Source: an uncultured delta proteobacterium (GTDB taxonomy: Bacteria; Desulfobacterota; Syntrophia; Syntrophales; UBA2192). From it: DNA of 64,000 nt. The notes under the pieces are model-generated. The model was not told the origin of the DNA. It did no database searches and saw nothing but the letters and a program-made list of their open reading frames with translations. A program made the translations under genes and the position numbers. Below, piece by piece: positions 48,952-58,771 of the stretch (position 1 is the stretch's first letter; each line of letters starts with the position of its first letter). The stretch lies in assembly GCA_963705165.1 (NCBI GenBank), contig CAVPJD010000008.1:96001-160000 (forward strand), given 5' to 3'.

Positions 48952-51039
48952 ATGAAAAACGACATCAAGAAGGTCAGGAACATCGGGATCAGCGCCCACA
49001 TCGACTCCGGGAAGACGACACTGACGGAACGGATCCTCTACTACACCAAACGCATCCACGCGATTCACGACGTCAAAGGGAAGGACGGCGTCGGCGCCAC
49101 GATGGATTCCATGGAGCTGGAGAAAGAGCGCGGGATCACGATCTGCTCCGCGGCAACCTTCTGCGAGTGGCTCGGCCATGAGATCAACATCATCGACACC
49201 CCCGGGCACGTCGATTTCACCATCGAGGTGGAGCGCTCCCTGAGGGTCCTCGACGGTGCCGTTCTTGTATTGTGCTCGGTGGGCGGCGTGCAGTCCCAGT
49301 CGATCACCGTGGACCTGCAGATGAAGCGCTACAAGGTGCCCTGCATCGCCTTTATCAACAAGTGCGACCGCAGCGGCGCGGACCCGACCCGCGTGACTGC
49401 CCAGCTGAGATCGAAACTGGGTCACAATGCCGTGGCCATCCAGATGCCCATGGGCCTCGAGATGGATTTCCGCGGTGTCATCGACCTGGTCGCCATGAAG
49501 GCCCTGTACTTCGACGGCGAAAACGGCGAAACGGTCCGGACCGAAGATATTCCAGGCGAGTATCGGGACGAGGCGAAAGCCAAACGGCTGGAGCTCATCG
49601 AGGCGGCGTCCATGTTCTCCGATGAGCTGATGGAAGCGGCCCTGGAGGAGCGCGAGATCCCGCCAGAGCTGCTGATCTCGGCCCTGCGCGCAGGGACGAT
49701 CCGTCGCGAGCTGACGCCGGTCTTTATCGGCTCGGCCTATAAAAATAAAGCCGTTCAGCCCCTCCTCGATGCCGTGACCATGCTGCTGCCCTGCCCCACG
49801 GACGTGGAAAACACGGCCCTGGACATGGACAACAACGAAGCGTCCGTCACGCTGGAGAGCGATCCGGAAAAGCCGGTCGTTGCGCTCGCCTTCAAGCTCG
49901 AAGACGGCCAATACGGGCAGCTGACCTACATCCGCGGCTACCAGGGCTCCATTGCCAAGGGCTCGACCATCGTCAATGTGCGGACCGGCAAGAAAGTCAA
50001 GGTCGGCCGGGTGGTGCGCATGCACGCCGATCAGATGGAAGACATCGAGGCCGTGTCGGCCGGCTACATCGGCGCCCTGTTCGGAATCGAGTGCGCCTCC
50101 GGCGATACCTTCGTCTCCCCGGGCGTCAACCTCACCATGACGTCCATGTATGTCCCGGAGCCGGTCATTTCGCTTGCGATCGAGCCGAAGGACAACAAGT
50201 CGCAGATCAACATGTCCAAGGCCCTCAACCGCTTCACGAAGGAGGACCCGACCTTCCGGTGTCACGTCGATGCCGAGACCAAGGAGACCATCATCGAGGG
50301 CATGGGCGAGCTGCACCTCGAAGTCTACGTGGAGCGCATGAAGCGCGAGTATGGCGCGGAGGTCACCACCGGAACCCCGCGGGTAGCCTACCGGGAGACC
50401 ATCACGCAGCGCGCCGAGTTCAATTACACTCACAGGAAGCAGACGGGCGGCTCCGGCCAGTACGGCCGGGTGGCCGGCTGGATCGAGCCCATCGCCGACG
50501 AGGAGTACGTATTCGAGAACAAGGTGAGCGGCGGTTCGATCCCGACCCAGTACATTGCGGCCTGCGAAAAGGGCTTCCGGGCGTGCCTGGCCAAGGGCCC
50601 CAAGATGGAATTTCCCGTCACGGGAGTCAAGATCGTCATCAACGACGGGGCCTCCCACACGGTGGACTCCTCGGACATCGCCTTCCAGCAAGCAGCCCGC
50701 GGCGCCTTCCGGGAAGGCTATGCCAAGGCAAAGCCCGTCATCCACGAGCCCGTCATGAAGGTGGTCGTGGAGACGCCGACGGAGTTCCAGGGCCCGGTCA
50801 TCGGGTTGCTGAATCAGCGCCGCGGCATGATCGTCGGGGCCCAGGACGAAGGACCCATGTCGGTCATCGAAGCCCACGTCCCCCTGGCGGAGATGTTCGG
50901 CTTCTCAACGGTATTGAGATCCTCCACGCAGGGCAAGGCGCAGTTCACGATGGAATTTGCGATGTACAAGCTGGTGCCGCAGTCCATCGCGGAGAAAATC
51001 GCGGAGGAAGTCGCGGCGCGCAAGAAAAACGCGGCCTAG
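48952..51039 (+). CDS. fusA: Elongation factor G, stand-alone copy
   Basis: [31 protein letters not shown] and [10 protein letters not shown] motifs. Confidence 0.97.
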   Translation: MKNDIKKVRNIGISAHIDSGKTTLTERILYYTKRIHAIHDVKGKDGVGATMDSMELEKERGITICSAATFCEWLGHEINIIDTPGHVDFTIEVERSLRVLDGAVLVLCSVGGVQSQSITVDLQMKRYKVPCIAFINKCDRSGADPTRVTAQLRSKLGHNAVAIQMPMGLEMDFRGVIDLVAMKALYFDGENGETVRTEDIPGEYRDEAKAKRLELIEAASMFSDELMEAALEEREIPPELLISALRAGTIRRELTPVFIGSAYKNKAVQPLLDAVTMLLPCPTDVENTALDMDNNEASVTLESDPEKPVVALAFKLEDGQYGQLTYIRGYQGSIAKGSTIVNVRTGKKVKVGRVVRMHADQMEDIEAVSAGYIGALFGIECASGDTFVSPGVNLTMTSMYVPEPVISLAIEPKDNKSQINMSKALNRFTKEDPTFRCHVDAETKETIIEGMGELHLEVYVERMKREYGAEVTTGTPRVAYRETITQRAEFNYTHRKQTGGSGQYGRVAGWIEPIADEEYVFENKVSGGSIPTQYIAACEKGFRACLAKGPKMEFPVTGVKIVINDGASHTVDSSDIAFQQAARGAFREGYAKAKPVIHEPVMKVVVETPTEFQGPVIGLLNQRRGMIVGAQDEGPMSVIEAHVPLAEMFGFSTVLRSSTQGKAQFTMEFAMYKLVPQSIAEKIAEEVAARKKNAA

Positions 51040-51061
51040 AAAGTCCTTGTCCTTATAGGTT

Positions 51062-51351
51062 CCCTCTCCCTTGAGGGGAGAGGGCCAGGGTGAGGGTGAA
51101 TGATCCCCTTCCTCCAGCAGGAGAGGGTCGGGGTGAGGGTGACTGCTCCCCTTCCTTTTTTGAGAGGCTTGAGGTGAGGGTGATGGTTCGACTGGCTCAC
51201 CATGGCGAACAAAAATGTCATCCTGAGCTTGTCGAAGGATCACGAGACGCGGCAGTCTTCTTTTAACGGACACTGTCATTGCGAGTCGAGCCGAGCGAGA
51301 CGCGGCACTCTTCCCAAGAAGATTGCTTCCTCGTTTCACTCCTCGCAATGA
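51062..51351. repeat. Composite REP cluster (three families)
   Basis: Three CCCTCTCC...GAGAGG..GGTGAGGGTG units; GGTTCGAC..GCTCACC / GTCATCCTGAGCTTGTCGAAGG pair; GTCATTGCGAG...CTCGCAATGAC pair. Confidence 0.8.
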
Positions 51352-51424
51352 CTTTAACGCAAACCCGGCAATGCAGACAAAACGAAAAGAAAATGTCATC
51401 CATCTCAGGGACAGGAATGTCGAC

Positions 51425-52126
51425 ATGTTTAAAAAAGATTTGATCCTTCGCAACCCTCTGCGGTCTTTCGGCCGGGGGGGTGAAGAGATTCTGACGGCCG
51501 GCCGCTTCGGTGCGGTTCTGGCGCCCGCCGGGGTCGGCAAAACGGCGTTTCTCGTGCAGCTTGCCTTGAATGCCATGCTGCAGGAAAAGAATGTACTGCA
51601 CATCAGCCTCGATGAGCCCGTGACCAAGGTCAGCCTCTGGTACGCAAAGCTCTTCCAGGACCTTGCCGACCGGGCCAAACTCACCAAGCTCGACGGGGTT
51701 CTCGAGGACCTCCTGCCTCACCGGTTCATCATGACCTTCAAGGTGGAGGGGTTCACCGTTCCCAAGCTGGAGGAGCGCTTGACGGACCTGACGGCCCAGA
51801 GCATCTTTCAGCCGGAGATGGTCCTCATCGACGGGTTCCCCTTCGGAGAGGCGGACCGGGAGCGCCTGATGGCATTGAAGCTGCTCGCCGGCAGGCTCGG
51901 AGTCTACGTCTGGTTCACCGTGCACACCCATCGGCACGAGAAACCGACGGCGGACGGGATGCCGCCGGCCCTTGCTCAGGCAAGCGATCTTTTCGATGTG
52001 ATCCTGCAGCTCGAACCGAAGGGTGCGGACATCGCGATTCAACCCCTGCGGGGCATCGCGGCCGATGCCGTCGAGAATCGCCTGCGCCTGGACCCTGCGA
52101 CAATGCTGATCAGGGACGAAGACTGA
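51425..52126 (+). CDS. RecA/KaiC-like P-loop ATPase
   Basis: APAGVGKT Walker A, VLHISLD, VLIDG Walker B. Confidence 0.8.
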   Translation: MFKKDLILRNPLRSFGRGGEEILTAGRFGAVLAPAGVGKTAFLVQLALNAMLQEKNVLHISLDEPVTKVSLWYAKLFQDLADRAKLTKLDGVLEDLLPHRFIMTFKVEGFTVPKLEERLTDLTAQSIFQPEMVLIDGFPFGEADRERLMALKLLAGRLGVYVWFTVHTHRHEKPTADGMPPALAQASDLFDVILQLEPKGADIAIQPLRGIAADAVENRLRLDPATMLIRDED

Positions 52127-52204
52127 CATCCACAGGCTGCCTGGAGCCATCCCTGGGCTTTACGCGGCATGTACACAATTACAGGGATCGAAAAAGGAAG
52201 GACC

Positions 52205-52762
52205 ATGAAGAAGGAAGACGTAATTCTGTTCAGCGGCGGCATCAAAGGGGCCGAGGCTGAATTCGGGGCCAATGCGGAGCGCCTCGGGATCGAGGAGGTG
52301 AACTTCACCTTCGAGGGGCACACGATCGTGCGCAAGCGGGGCCTTCGCGTCCTGAATCACGAGGAACTGAAAAACGGCGATGTCAGCCTGGAATACCTGT
52401 CAAAACTGATGAATCGCAGCTACACCACCAGCCCGACCATCCGAAAGGTCCTGCAGAGCATCTGGTACCAGATCAACAAGGGGCAGGAGATCTACGTGAT
52501 CGGGGAAATACTCGCCGACAAGACCGTAAAGGGCGGCACGGGGTGGGGCGCCGAGTTCGCCAAGCTGTGCAACAAGCCGCTCTACGTCTTCGATCAGAAG
52601 CGTAACGCCTGGTTCAAGTGGAACGAGACCGACTGGCTCGAGTGCAAAAGCGGAAGCGAGCCCGTCATCACCCACGTCCACTTCACGGGGACGGGGACGC
52701 GCTTCCTGGAAGAAAACGGCAAGAAGGCCATCGCGGGGCTGTTCGAGAGAAGCTTCGCATAA
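52205..52762 (+). CDS. Hypothetical protein, probable SLOG fold
   Basis: SGG..GAE, KGGTGWG, KPLYVFDQ and TGTGTR motifs. Confidence 0.7.
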   Translation: MKKEDVILFSGGIKGAEAEFGANAERLGIEEVNFTFEGHTIVRKRGLRVLNHEELKNGDVSLEYLSKLMNRSYTTSPTIRKVLQSIWYQINKGQEIYVIGEILADKTVKGGTGWGAEFAKLCNKPLYVFDQKRNAWFKWNETDWLECKSGSEPVITHVHFTGTGTRFLEENGKKAIAGLFERSFA

Positions 52763-52932
52763 ACGACGATTCCGAGAGCCGCAGCGAAACTAAAAGCCGC
52801 CCCCGATGCCGAGGGCGGCTTTTTTCATGCATGATGGCTTTTCAGCGGTAGAGTCTCGCGGACCGGAAAAATCGATTCGACGCTCGACACGGGGCCCTCG
52901 GCCACTTCGCGCCGGGAGCGACAGCCGGGGGG

Positions 52933-53733
52933 TCAATCCGCCAAGCGCTGCCTGAAGATGGATGCTACCTTCGCCTTCTCCCCGTCCGTCTTTCCATAGC
53001 AGTCCAGGATTCTGTCATTGAGTTCGGTCATGTTGATGGGCTTTACGAAGTAGCCCTGAATCCCCAGGTCGGAGCAACTCACGACATCTTCCCTCGAGCT
53101 GAGCGCGCTGATGACGATGACGGCAACCGACGGATCCACTTCCCGGATCTCTTTGAGGAGCACATAGCCGCTCTTGCAAGGCAACATCAGGTCCATGATG
53201 AGGACATCCGGCTTCCAGTCCTGATAGAGCTTGAGCCCCTTCTCCCCATCCTCCGCAAATTTCGCTTCGAAAATCCTGCCGGCCAGCCTCATCTCATAAA
53301 GCCGCCGGGTCATCTTGTCGTCCTCAACGATCAGGATCTTCAGCCTCTCCGGAACGCCGGGCCTCGTCCTCTCCAGGATCGGACGGATCACAGAGAGGAA
53401 CTCGTCGGGTGTAAATGGCTTCTGCAGGTAATCGACAGCACCCAGCTTCATGCACTCCACGGCGGACTTCACCTCGCTGACGCCGGTCACCATCAGGCAG
53501 ACGGTGTGGGGGGTCTTTTCCTTGATCGCCTTCAGCACCTGCTTTCCGTCCAGCCCGGGCATGTTGATATCGATGAGGGCAAGGTCAAAGACTTCCCCGT
53601 CATGGATGGCATCGACTGCATCACGAGGATCGCTGATCAGCCTGATATTCTTGATGCCTGCCTGCAAAAGGCATCGCTTCATGCTGTCCAGAAAATCCTG
53701 CTCATCATCGATGACAATGATGGAGTGATTCAT
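52933..53733 (-). CDS. Dual receiver-domain response regulator
   Basis: Two receivers: VIDDE/IDINMPG/KP and IVEDD/MDLMLP/KP. Confidence 0.92.
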   Translation of the reverse strand: MNHSIIVIDDEQDFLDSMKRCLLQAGIKNIRLISDPRDAVDAIHDGEVFDLALIDINMPGLDGKQVLKAIKEKTPHTVCLMVTGVSEVKSAVECMKLGAVDYLQKPFTPDEFLSVIRPILERTRPGVPERLKILIVEDDKMTRRLYEMRLAGRIFEAKFAEDGEKGLKLYQDWKPDVLIMDLMLPCKSGYVLLKEIREVDPSVAVIVISALSSREDVVSCSDLGIQGYFVKPINMTELNDRILDCYGKTDGEKAKVASIFRQRLAD

Positions 53734-53856
53734 CCCGGTTCGATCCCATGGGCGATCAAGAAGGTCTCCGCAGGGGTCGATTTCCGGCCCCAACGAGACG
53801 CTTTCTGTTTATCTGTCCGATATAAAACGCATTTCCCGGCCACTCCCCCATGAATA

Positions 53857-53872
53857 TGCAAATCTCAAACCA
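53857..53872 (-). promoter_or_regulatory. Sigma54 promoter candidate
   Basis: TGGTTTGAGATTTGCA on the minus strand. Confidence 0.55.
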
Positions 53873-54145
53873 GACGAAAAACAATGTCCCGTCGACAGGG
53901 CCCTTCGGCGGGCTCTCCGCGCAGCATGCGGGGCAGGAGCGACAAAGGCCCCCCCAGGCCGCTGCGCGGCAGTGACCAGTGAGGAAGAATGGGCAAAGCA
54001 GAAAGTAAACGGTAGACAGTGGTCGCGTATCGGCCATGGCAGTTGATTCGCTGCTTAGTTGACTGGTTTATTGGCCATAGGGGGTATCCTGAAGCCTGAA
54101 GCCCGAATCCCTATCCCCCTTATCAACCATTTACTAATCAACCAG

Positions 54146-54709
54146 TTACTGCTGCGAATCAGCAGCCTCCAGGGGGAATCGATACCCGGCCTTCTCGTAG
54201 AGATCCCTGATCCGGATCAGATCCGCCATTTTGTCTTCCCCGGGAATAATCTCGCCCAGCCATCGAGCTGTTTTATGTTCGCTGTCCATATACCAGCAGA
54301 TGATGGATACCCCGGCGCCCCTGGCGATGTGCCAGAATCCGGTTTTGATCGTGCGTATCTCTTTGCGTGTGCCCTCGGGCACGATGGCCAGAAGAAACTC
54401 CTCGCGCGAATTGAATACGTCCACCATCTGTTCCACCGCTCCCTGGGGGGCCTTGCGATCGACCGGGATGCCGCCCAGGGCATGGAGCACAATGGACAGG
54501 GGCCAGAAAAACGCTTCTTTCTTGATCATGATGTGGCCCGTTCGCTTGATGATCCGAAAGCCCGTGAAGGCCCTGACGGTATCTATGTTGGACGTGTGGG
54601 GAAAGCCGATGATCACGTGCTTGTTGGAAACGCAGGGCGGGAGCGGCTCGAACCGCCAGCCCATCAGGAAGTAGAGCATCCGCCCGGCATAGCTCAGGAT
54701 CGTTTTCAT
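54146..54709 (-). CDS. 1-acyl-sn-glycerol-3-phosphate acyltransferase family protein
   Basis: PHTSNID, GGIPVDR, PEGTR and KTGFWHIA motifs. Confidence 0.92.
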   Translation of the reverse strand: MKTILSYAGRMLYFLMGWRFEPLPPCVSNKHVIIGFPHTSNIDTVRAFTGFRIIKRTGHIMIKKEAFFWPLSIVLHALGGIPVDRKAPQGAVEQMVDVFNSREEFLLAIVPEGTRKEIRTIKTGFWHIARGAGVSIICWYMDSEHKTARWLGEIIPGEDKMADLIRIRDLYEKAGYRFPLEAADSQQ

Positions 54710-55025
54710 GGTAGATTAATTCCTGCAAAACCCATAGGCCACTGCGGCTTTCCCCATACACCCCTTGCCCGTTGCCGCAACAATCTACAGGAAGATCGCT
54801 CCGGGGGCAATTCCAATTGCCGGCTTGCCTGCCTCGATGCCTCGCCCCTTCCGGGGAACCCCGAAGTCCGGGCGGGCCCTTGCGGAACCGATGATCCCCC
54901 GCTCGGGAAAAAAATGCCTGCAGAGGCTCCAAAACGGACTGCCCGGGGCAGGGAGCCCTGGACGCGACGAATCATAATGCCCGTCATAACAGCCAGTTAA
55001 AGAAAATGCCGTCTTTGCTTTCCGG

Positions 55026-55041
55026 TGGCACATTTTCTGCC
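55026..55041 (+). promoter_or_regulatory. Sigma54 promoter for motAB
   Basis: TGGCACATTTTCTGCC. Confidence 0.65.
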
Positions 55042-55081
55042 TTTCAAAGAGATTGAAGCAACCCGCAAAAGGAGCCGCCTC

Positions 55082-55891
55082 ATGATCAGACAAGCCATTT
55101 GCTCTCTACTTCTTCTGACTGCCATTTTTGTCATAACGTTCAACCTGGAGGTCAAGGAGATGGGGCTCATCTCCAATCTTTGCGCCCTGTTGATTGTCGT
55201 GGGGGGAACCTTTGCGGCCACCCTGATTGCCTACCCCCTGAAAAAGCTGGTCTGGACCACCCGGCTCCTCAAAAATTCCTTTACCTTTCGCGAGGAAATG
55301 AATTCGACGATCGAGAACATCGTCAAGCTGGCTCACATCTACCGGAATAAGGGGGTCCGCCCCCTGGAGCTGGAGGCAAATAATCTGCCCCCGGGTCTCC
55401 TGAAGACGGGCGTTGAATTGATCGCCTATCACTACTCGCGGGACAAGATCGAGCAGATCCTGCACAAGGAGGCCTTGTGCACGCAGAATCAGTGCGAGAC
55501 ATCCCACAAGATGCTCTACAACATGGCCCGTCTTGCCCCGGCCCTGGGGCTGGCCGGAACCATCATCAGCCTCATCCGCATCTTCGGGCACATCAGCGAC
55601 CCCCAGAATCTGATCGGGTACATGGCGGTTGCGCTCCTGAGCACCTTTTACGGCGTGATTCTGGCCAATATCTGCTTTGTGCCCCTGTCCAACAAGCTCA
55701 GGGAATTCATGGACCAGAATGAGTTTCAGATGGATATCGTCCAGGAGGGGATCCTGGATCTCTTCGACCAGGAACACCCGCGGGCGATCCGCTACAAATT
55801 GGAGACGCTCTCTGCGACCATGGGAATGCCGAATCGGGCCTTCACCCGGCCCAACCTGGTTTTGCTGCCTTCCCATGAGCAAGCCAAATAA
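55082..55891 (+). CDS. motA: MotA/PomA stator protein
   Basis: IVVGGT, R..G...LE, APALG.AGT and ALLSTFYG...AN...P motifs. Confidence 0.9.
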   Translation: MIRQAICSLLLLTAIFVITFNLEVKEMGLISNLCALLIVVGGTFAATLIAYPLKKLVWTTRLLKNSFTFREEMNSTIENIVKLAHIYRNKGVRPLELEANNLPPGLLKTGVELIAYHYSRDKIEQILHKEALCTQNQCETSHKMLYNMARLAPALGLAGTIISLIRIFGHISDPQNLIGYMAVALLSTFYGVILANICFVPLSNKLREFMDQNEFQMDIVQEGILDLFDQEHPRAIRYKLETLSATMGMPNRAFTRPNLVLLPSHEQAK

Positions 55892-55899
55892 ATGAACCG

Positions 55900-56643
55900 A
55901 TGAAAAACTTATCCCGAATCCCCCACGCGGCTGAAAAGGCCCCGGATTGGGTGCCCCTGAAGAAGGCGGCCGGATCACAGCGCTTTCAGAGGAAATCGTC
56001 CCAGACCGATGCCGGAAATGAGATCTGGCTTCTGACCCTGACGGATGTGTTCATGCTGCTGATGGTCTGCTTTGTCCTGCTTTTCGGGATGAGCCTTCAA
56101 CGGCAGAAGGAAACGGCGGTGACGGAGGCCCCGCCCGCCACTGCAATGATGCCGGTCCCTGCCGCACAGACGCCGCCGGCGGTTCAGGCAGACTCCTCTC
56201 TGGAATCGGACCTGCTGGCCATCCTGGGCCAAGAGGGGCAGGACGTGACGGTGGAGCGGCGCTCCACGTCCATCGTCCTGACCTTCCCGGAACGCATCAT
56301 TTTCGATTCCGGGCAGGCCCAGCTCAAACTCGCCGTTCAACCCCTGCTGGAAAAGGTGGCCGCCGTCATCCTGAACCGCCCCGATCTGGCGGTTGCGATA
56401 CACGGCCATACGGATGACCGGCCCATCCACAGCCGGCAATATCCCTCCAACTGGGAGCTTTCCGTCGACCGGGCCACCCAGGTCGCCAGGACCCTTGTCC
56501 AGATGGGCATTCAGCCCACAAAGATCTCCATCAGGGGTTTCGGGGAAGATCATCCCCTCTACGCCAACGACAGCAGCGACAACAGGCTGAAAAACCGGCG
56601 GGTGGAGATTCAATTCTCCCTGACACCCTCCAACACCAGATGA
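55900..56643 (+). CDS. motB: MotB/OmpA-domain stator protein
   Basis: WLLTLTD TM with the conserved Asp; GHTD, SNWELS..RA and NRRVEI motifs. Confidence 0.92.
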   Translation: MKNLSRIPHAAEKAPDWVPLKKAAGSQRFQRKSSQTDAGNEIWLLTLTDVFMLLMVCFVLLFGMSLQRQKETAVTEAPPATAMMPVPAAQTPPAVQADSSLESDLLAILGQEGQDVTVERRSTSIVLTFPERIIFDSGQAQLKLAVQPLLEKVAAVILNRPDLAVAIHGHTDDRPIHSRQYPSNWELSVDRATQVARTLVQMGIQPTKISIRGFGEDHPLYANDSSDNRLKNRRVEIQFSLTPSNTR

Positions 56644-56852
56644 AACCGGGCGCTCGGGGCTCCAGTGCCGCCGGGCCGGACCAGACGAAAAAGGCCGCCC
56701 TCAGGCCGCTGCGCGGCAGTGACCGGCTGCTACGCAGCAGTAACTGGTTGATGGGGTAAATGGTTGATAAGGGGGAAAGAGACTGCTTCGGATCAGCCTT
56801 GCCGCTTCTTCACTGTCTGCTGTAGGCTGTCGGCTTTGCTCTGCCGCGAGCG

Positions 56853-57347
56853 CTAGCGCTTACCGAGGCGCTTGGCATTTGCCGTTGTACGGGAATAGAT
56901 GGGCCTGACCGCGCGTTGGGTGAACAGGCCGGCGGTGGAGTTGGGCAGCTGCGATGCCGCAATGGCTGACTCGGTCATGGTGCGGACAAGCTCCCCTTGC
57001 CGCTCGATGGACTGGCCAACGCTGCTGCTAGCGGCCAGCGATATCATCGCCGTGGATCCGGTCAGCATCTGCGAGAAGGCTTCAACCCCGAGCTGGCGGT
57101 TCATCGTCATCACAAATTCGGCCATGGCCCGGGCCGATTCCGCGGCGGCCTCGATCTTTTCCTGTCCCATCAGGGCGAATTCACGCTGGTCACTGGCATT
57201 GGGGATGGGGCCGGCGACGGCCATGAGGCCGGCGCGGTGGCCGATGATCTCTGCCGAGTCCACCATCATTTCGCAGGTTTTCAATGCCATTTCGGTCCAG
57301 ACTGAAAACGGGTTGGCGCACAGCGATAGCGTTTTGTGTCTTTCCAT
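56853..57347 (-). CDS. Phasin-like PHA granule-associated protein
   Basis: E....SA..I.HR, D.REF..M..EK..A and P......NAKRL pattern. Confidence 0.65.
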   Translation of the reverse strand: MERHKTLSLCANPFSVWTEMALKTCEMMVDSAEIIGHRAGLMAVAGPIPNASDQREFALMGQEKIEAAAESARAMAEFVMTMNRQLGVEAFSQMLTGSTAMISLAASSSVGQSIERQGELVRTMTESAIAASQLPNSTAGLFTQRAVRPIYSRTTANAKRLGKR

Positions 57348-57398
57348 TCTTCTTTCTTCTTTCCTCGTTACGAAAAGGATTTGCCGCCTGATAGTTGT

Positions 57399-57426
57399 TT
57401 ATCGGCAGAACCCGGTGTTTTCTTGA
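57399..57426 (-). promoter_or_regulatory. Sigma28-type promoter candidate
   Basis: TCAAG-N15-GCCGATAA on the minus strand. Confidence 0.5.
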
Positions 57427-57745
57427 ACACCCTTCACTCTTCCACCGTCCGCCGACGGCGACCTTCGGGGCGATCTCCGTGATCTGCAGGTGCTGCCGGT
57501 TTGATGTGAAATCCCGTATTCCCTTCCGCTGCGCAGTTTGTTATCGCTTTACCCGAAGGCTGCATATTACGAGCCATCACATCCCCTGGGAAGCGTCCGT
57601 TTGCAGCGAGGAGACAGAGAACGAACTTCCCCGAGCATACACCAAAAGGCCTCCCTCGAGCCGAAGACGGCCTTTCTCGTTTTTCCTGTTGCGATGGTCA
57701 CTTTGTTCACAAGCCACAAACCACGAGACACTTCTCCACGGCTCC

Positions 57746-58708
57746 CTACTGCCCTTCCACCTTTTTCCATGACTTGTCCGGATCGAAGGCGGTGATGGCC
57801 ACCGCGAGCTGCGCCGTCTCCGGCCCGAGGTCCTTCTCGTAAACGACACCCTCGTGGTTCACGCTGAAGGTCTTGACGCCGGAGGCCCGGTACACGGCAG
57901 GATAGGCCACGATGGCGAATCCGCCGATCATATTGCCGTTCACAAGGTAGCTGTAGGCGCCCCCGTTGGCATTCTCCCCCTGGGCCGTGATGATCCTGAA
58001 AAGGTACCCGTGATAGGGCGACAACTGTTCGGCATTCCTGTAGCCTTCGGCCGTCGCGCGGGCAACGAATGGCCCCAGCGGGCTCAGGGGCTCACCCGGG
58101 GCCGCTTCCCAGTAAAGGCCGTCCTTTTTTCCTTTCTCGCTTTCGAACTTCCGGGCGTATTCCAGAAGTTGATCGGTGTCGCGGTCCAGGGTGGCATACT
58201 CTTTCTCGGCATCCACGATGGCCAGACAGGTCTGGATCGCACCAATCTCATTCTTGCCGACCCTGCGGCTCAGGCTTTCTTCCCGGCCCTCCTCCGCATT
58301 AAAGCGCCACTGCTTGCCGGTTTTCACGATCGGAACCGGCATGGGCCAGTCATCCTTGCCGACATAAAGAATCCTTTTGCTGTCGCCCGCCTTCGCCAGT
58401 CGGTGCGCCTCGCCATAGGCCTTTACGAACATTGCCCGACCCCAGGCGTCGTCCACGTCGTCGCCCGAGGAGATCAGGTCTTTCGTGCCCGGTCCGAAGA
58501 GGGCCTCGAGTGCCGCGATGTCGTTTGCCTGGGTGGAATCGACCAGGGCCTTGACGGCTGCCTCGGGCGATTCGAAGGTCTGCTGCTGAGGCGGGACCGC
58601 CATGGCCGTTGCCTCGTAGCCCGTTATAGCGATCAGGACAGCAAGCATCCCGATCAGGACGATCCGGGTTGCCGATCCTTTTTTATCGTGACTCCTGTCT
58701 GAAACCAT
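57746..58708 (-). CDS. DUF2950 domain protein
   Basis: WP.PVPIV, RR.G.NE, DGLYW, PYHGY.F, YPA.Y..SGV.TF and VYEKDLG motifs. Confidence 0.92.
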   Translation of the reverse strand: MVSDRSHDKKGSATRIVLIGMLAVLIAITGYEATAMAVPPQQQTFESPEAAVKALVDSTQANDIAALEALFGPGTKDLISSGDDVDDAWGRAMFVKAYGEAHRLAKAGDSKRILYVGKDDWPMPVPIVKTGKQWRFNAEEGREESLSRRVGKNEIGAIQTCLAIVDAEKEYATLDRDTDQLLEYARKFESEKGKKDGLYWEAAPGEPLSPLGPFVARATAEGYRNAEQLSPYHGYLFRIITAQGENANGGAYSYLVNGNMIGGFAIVAYPAVYRASGVKTFSVNHEGVVYEKDLGPETAQLAVAITAFDPDKSWKKVEGQ

Positions 58709-58771
58709 TTCGGTCCTCCATCGATGAGCGCATTGTCAATTATGATCGATCGACTGTTCCCTGTCGTTTCT

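Noticed and set aside
55082..56643. motAB as the ZorAB anti-phage system
   Set aside because: MotA is of normal stator length with no long ZorA tail, and there are no zorC/D/E neighbours.
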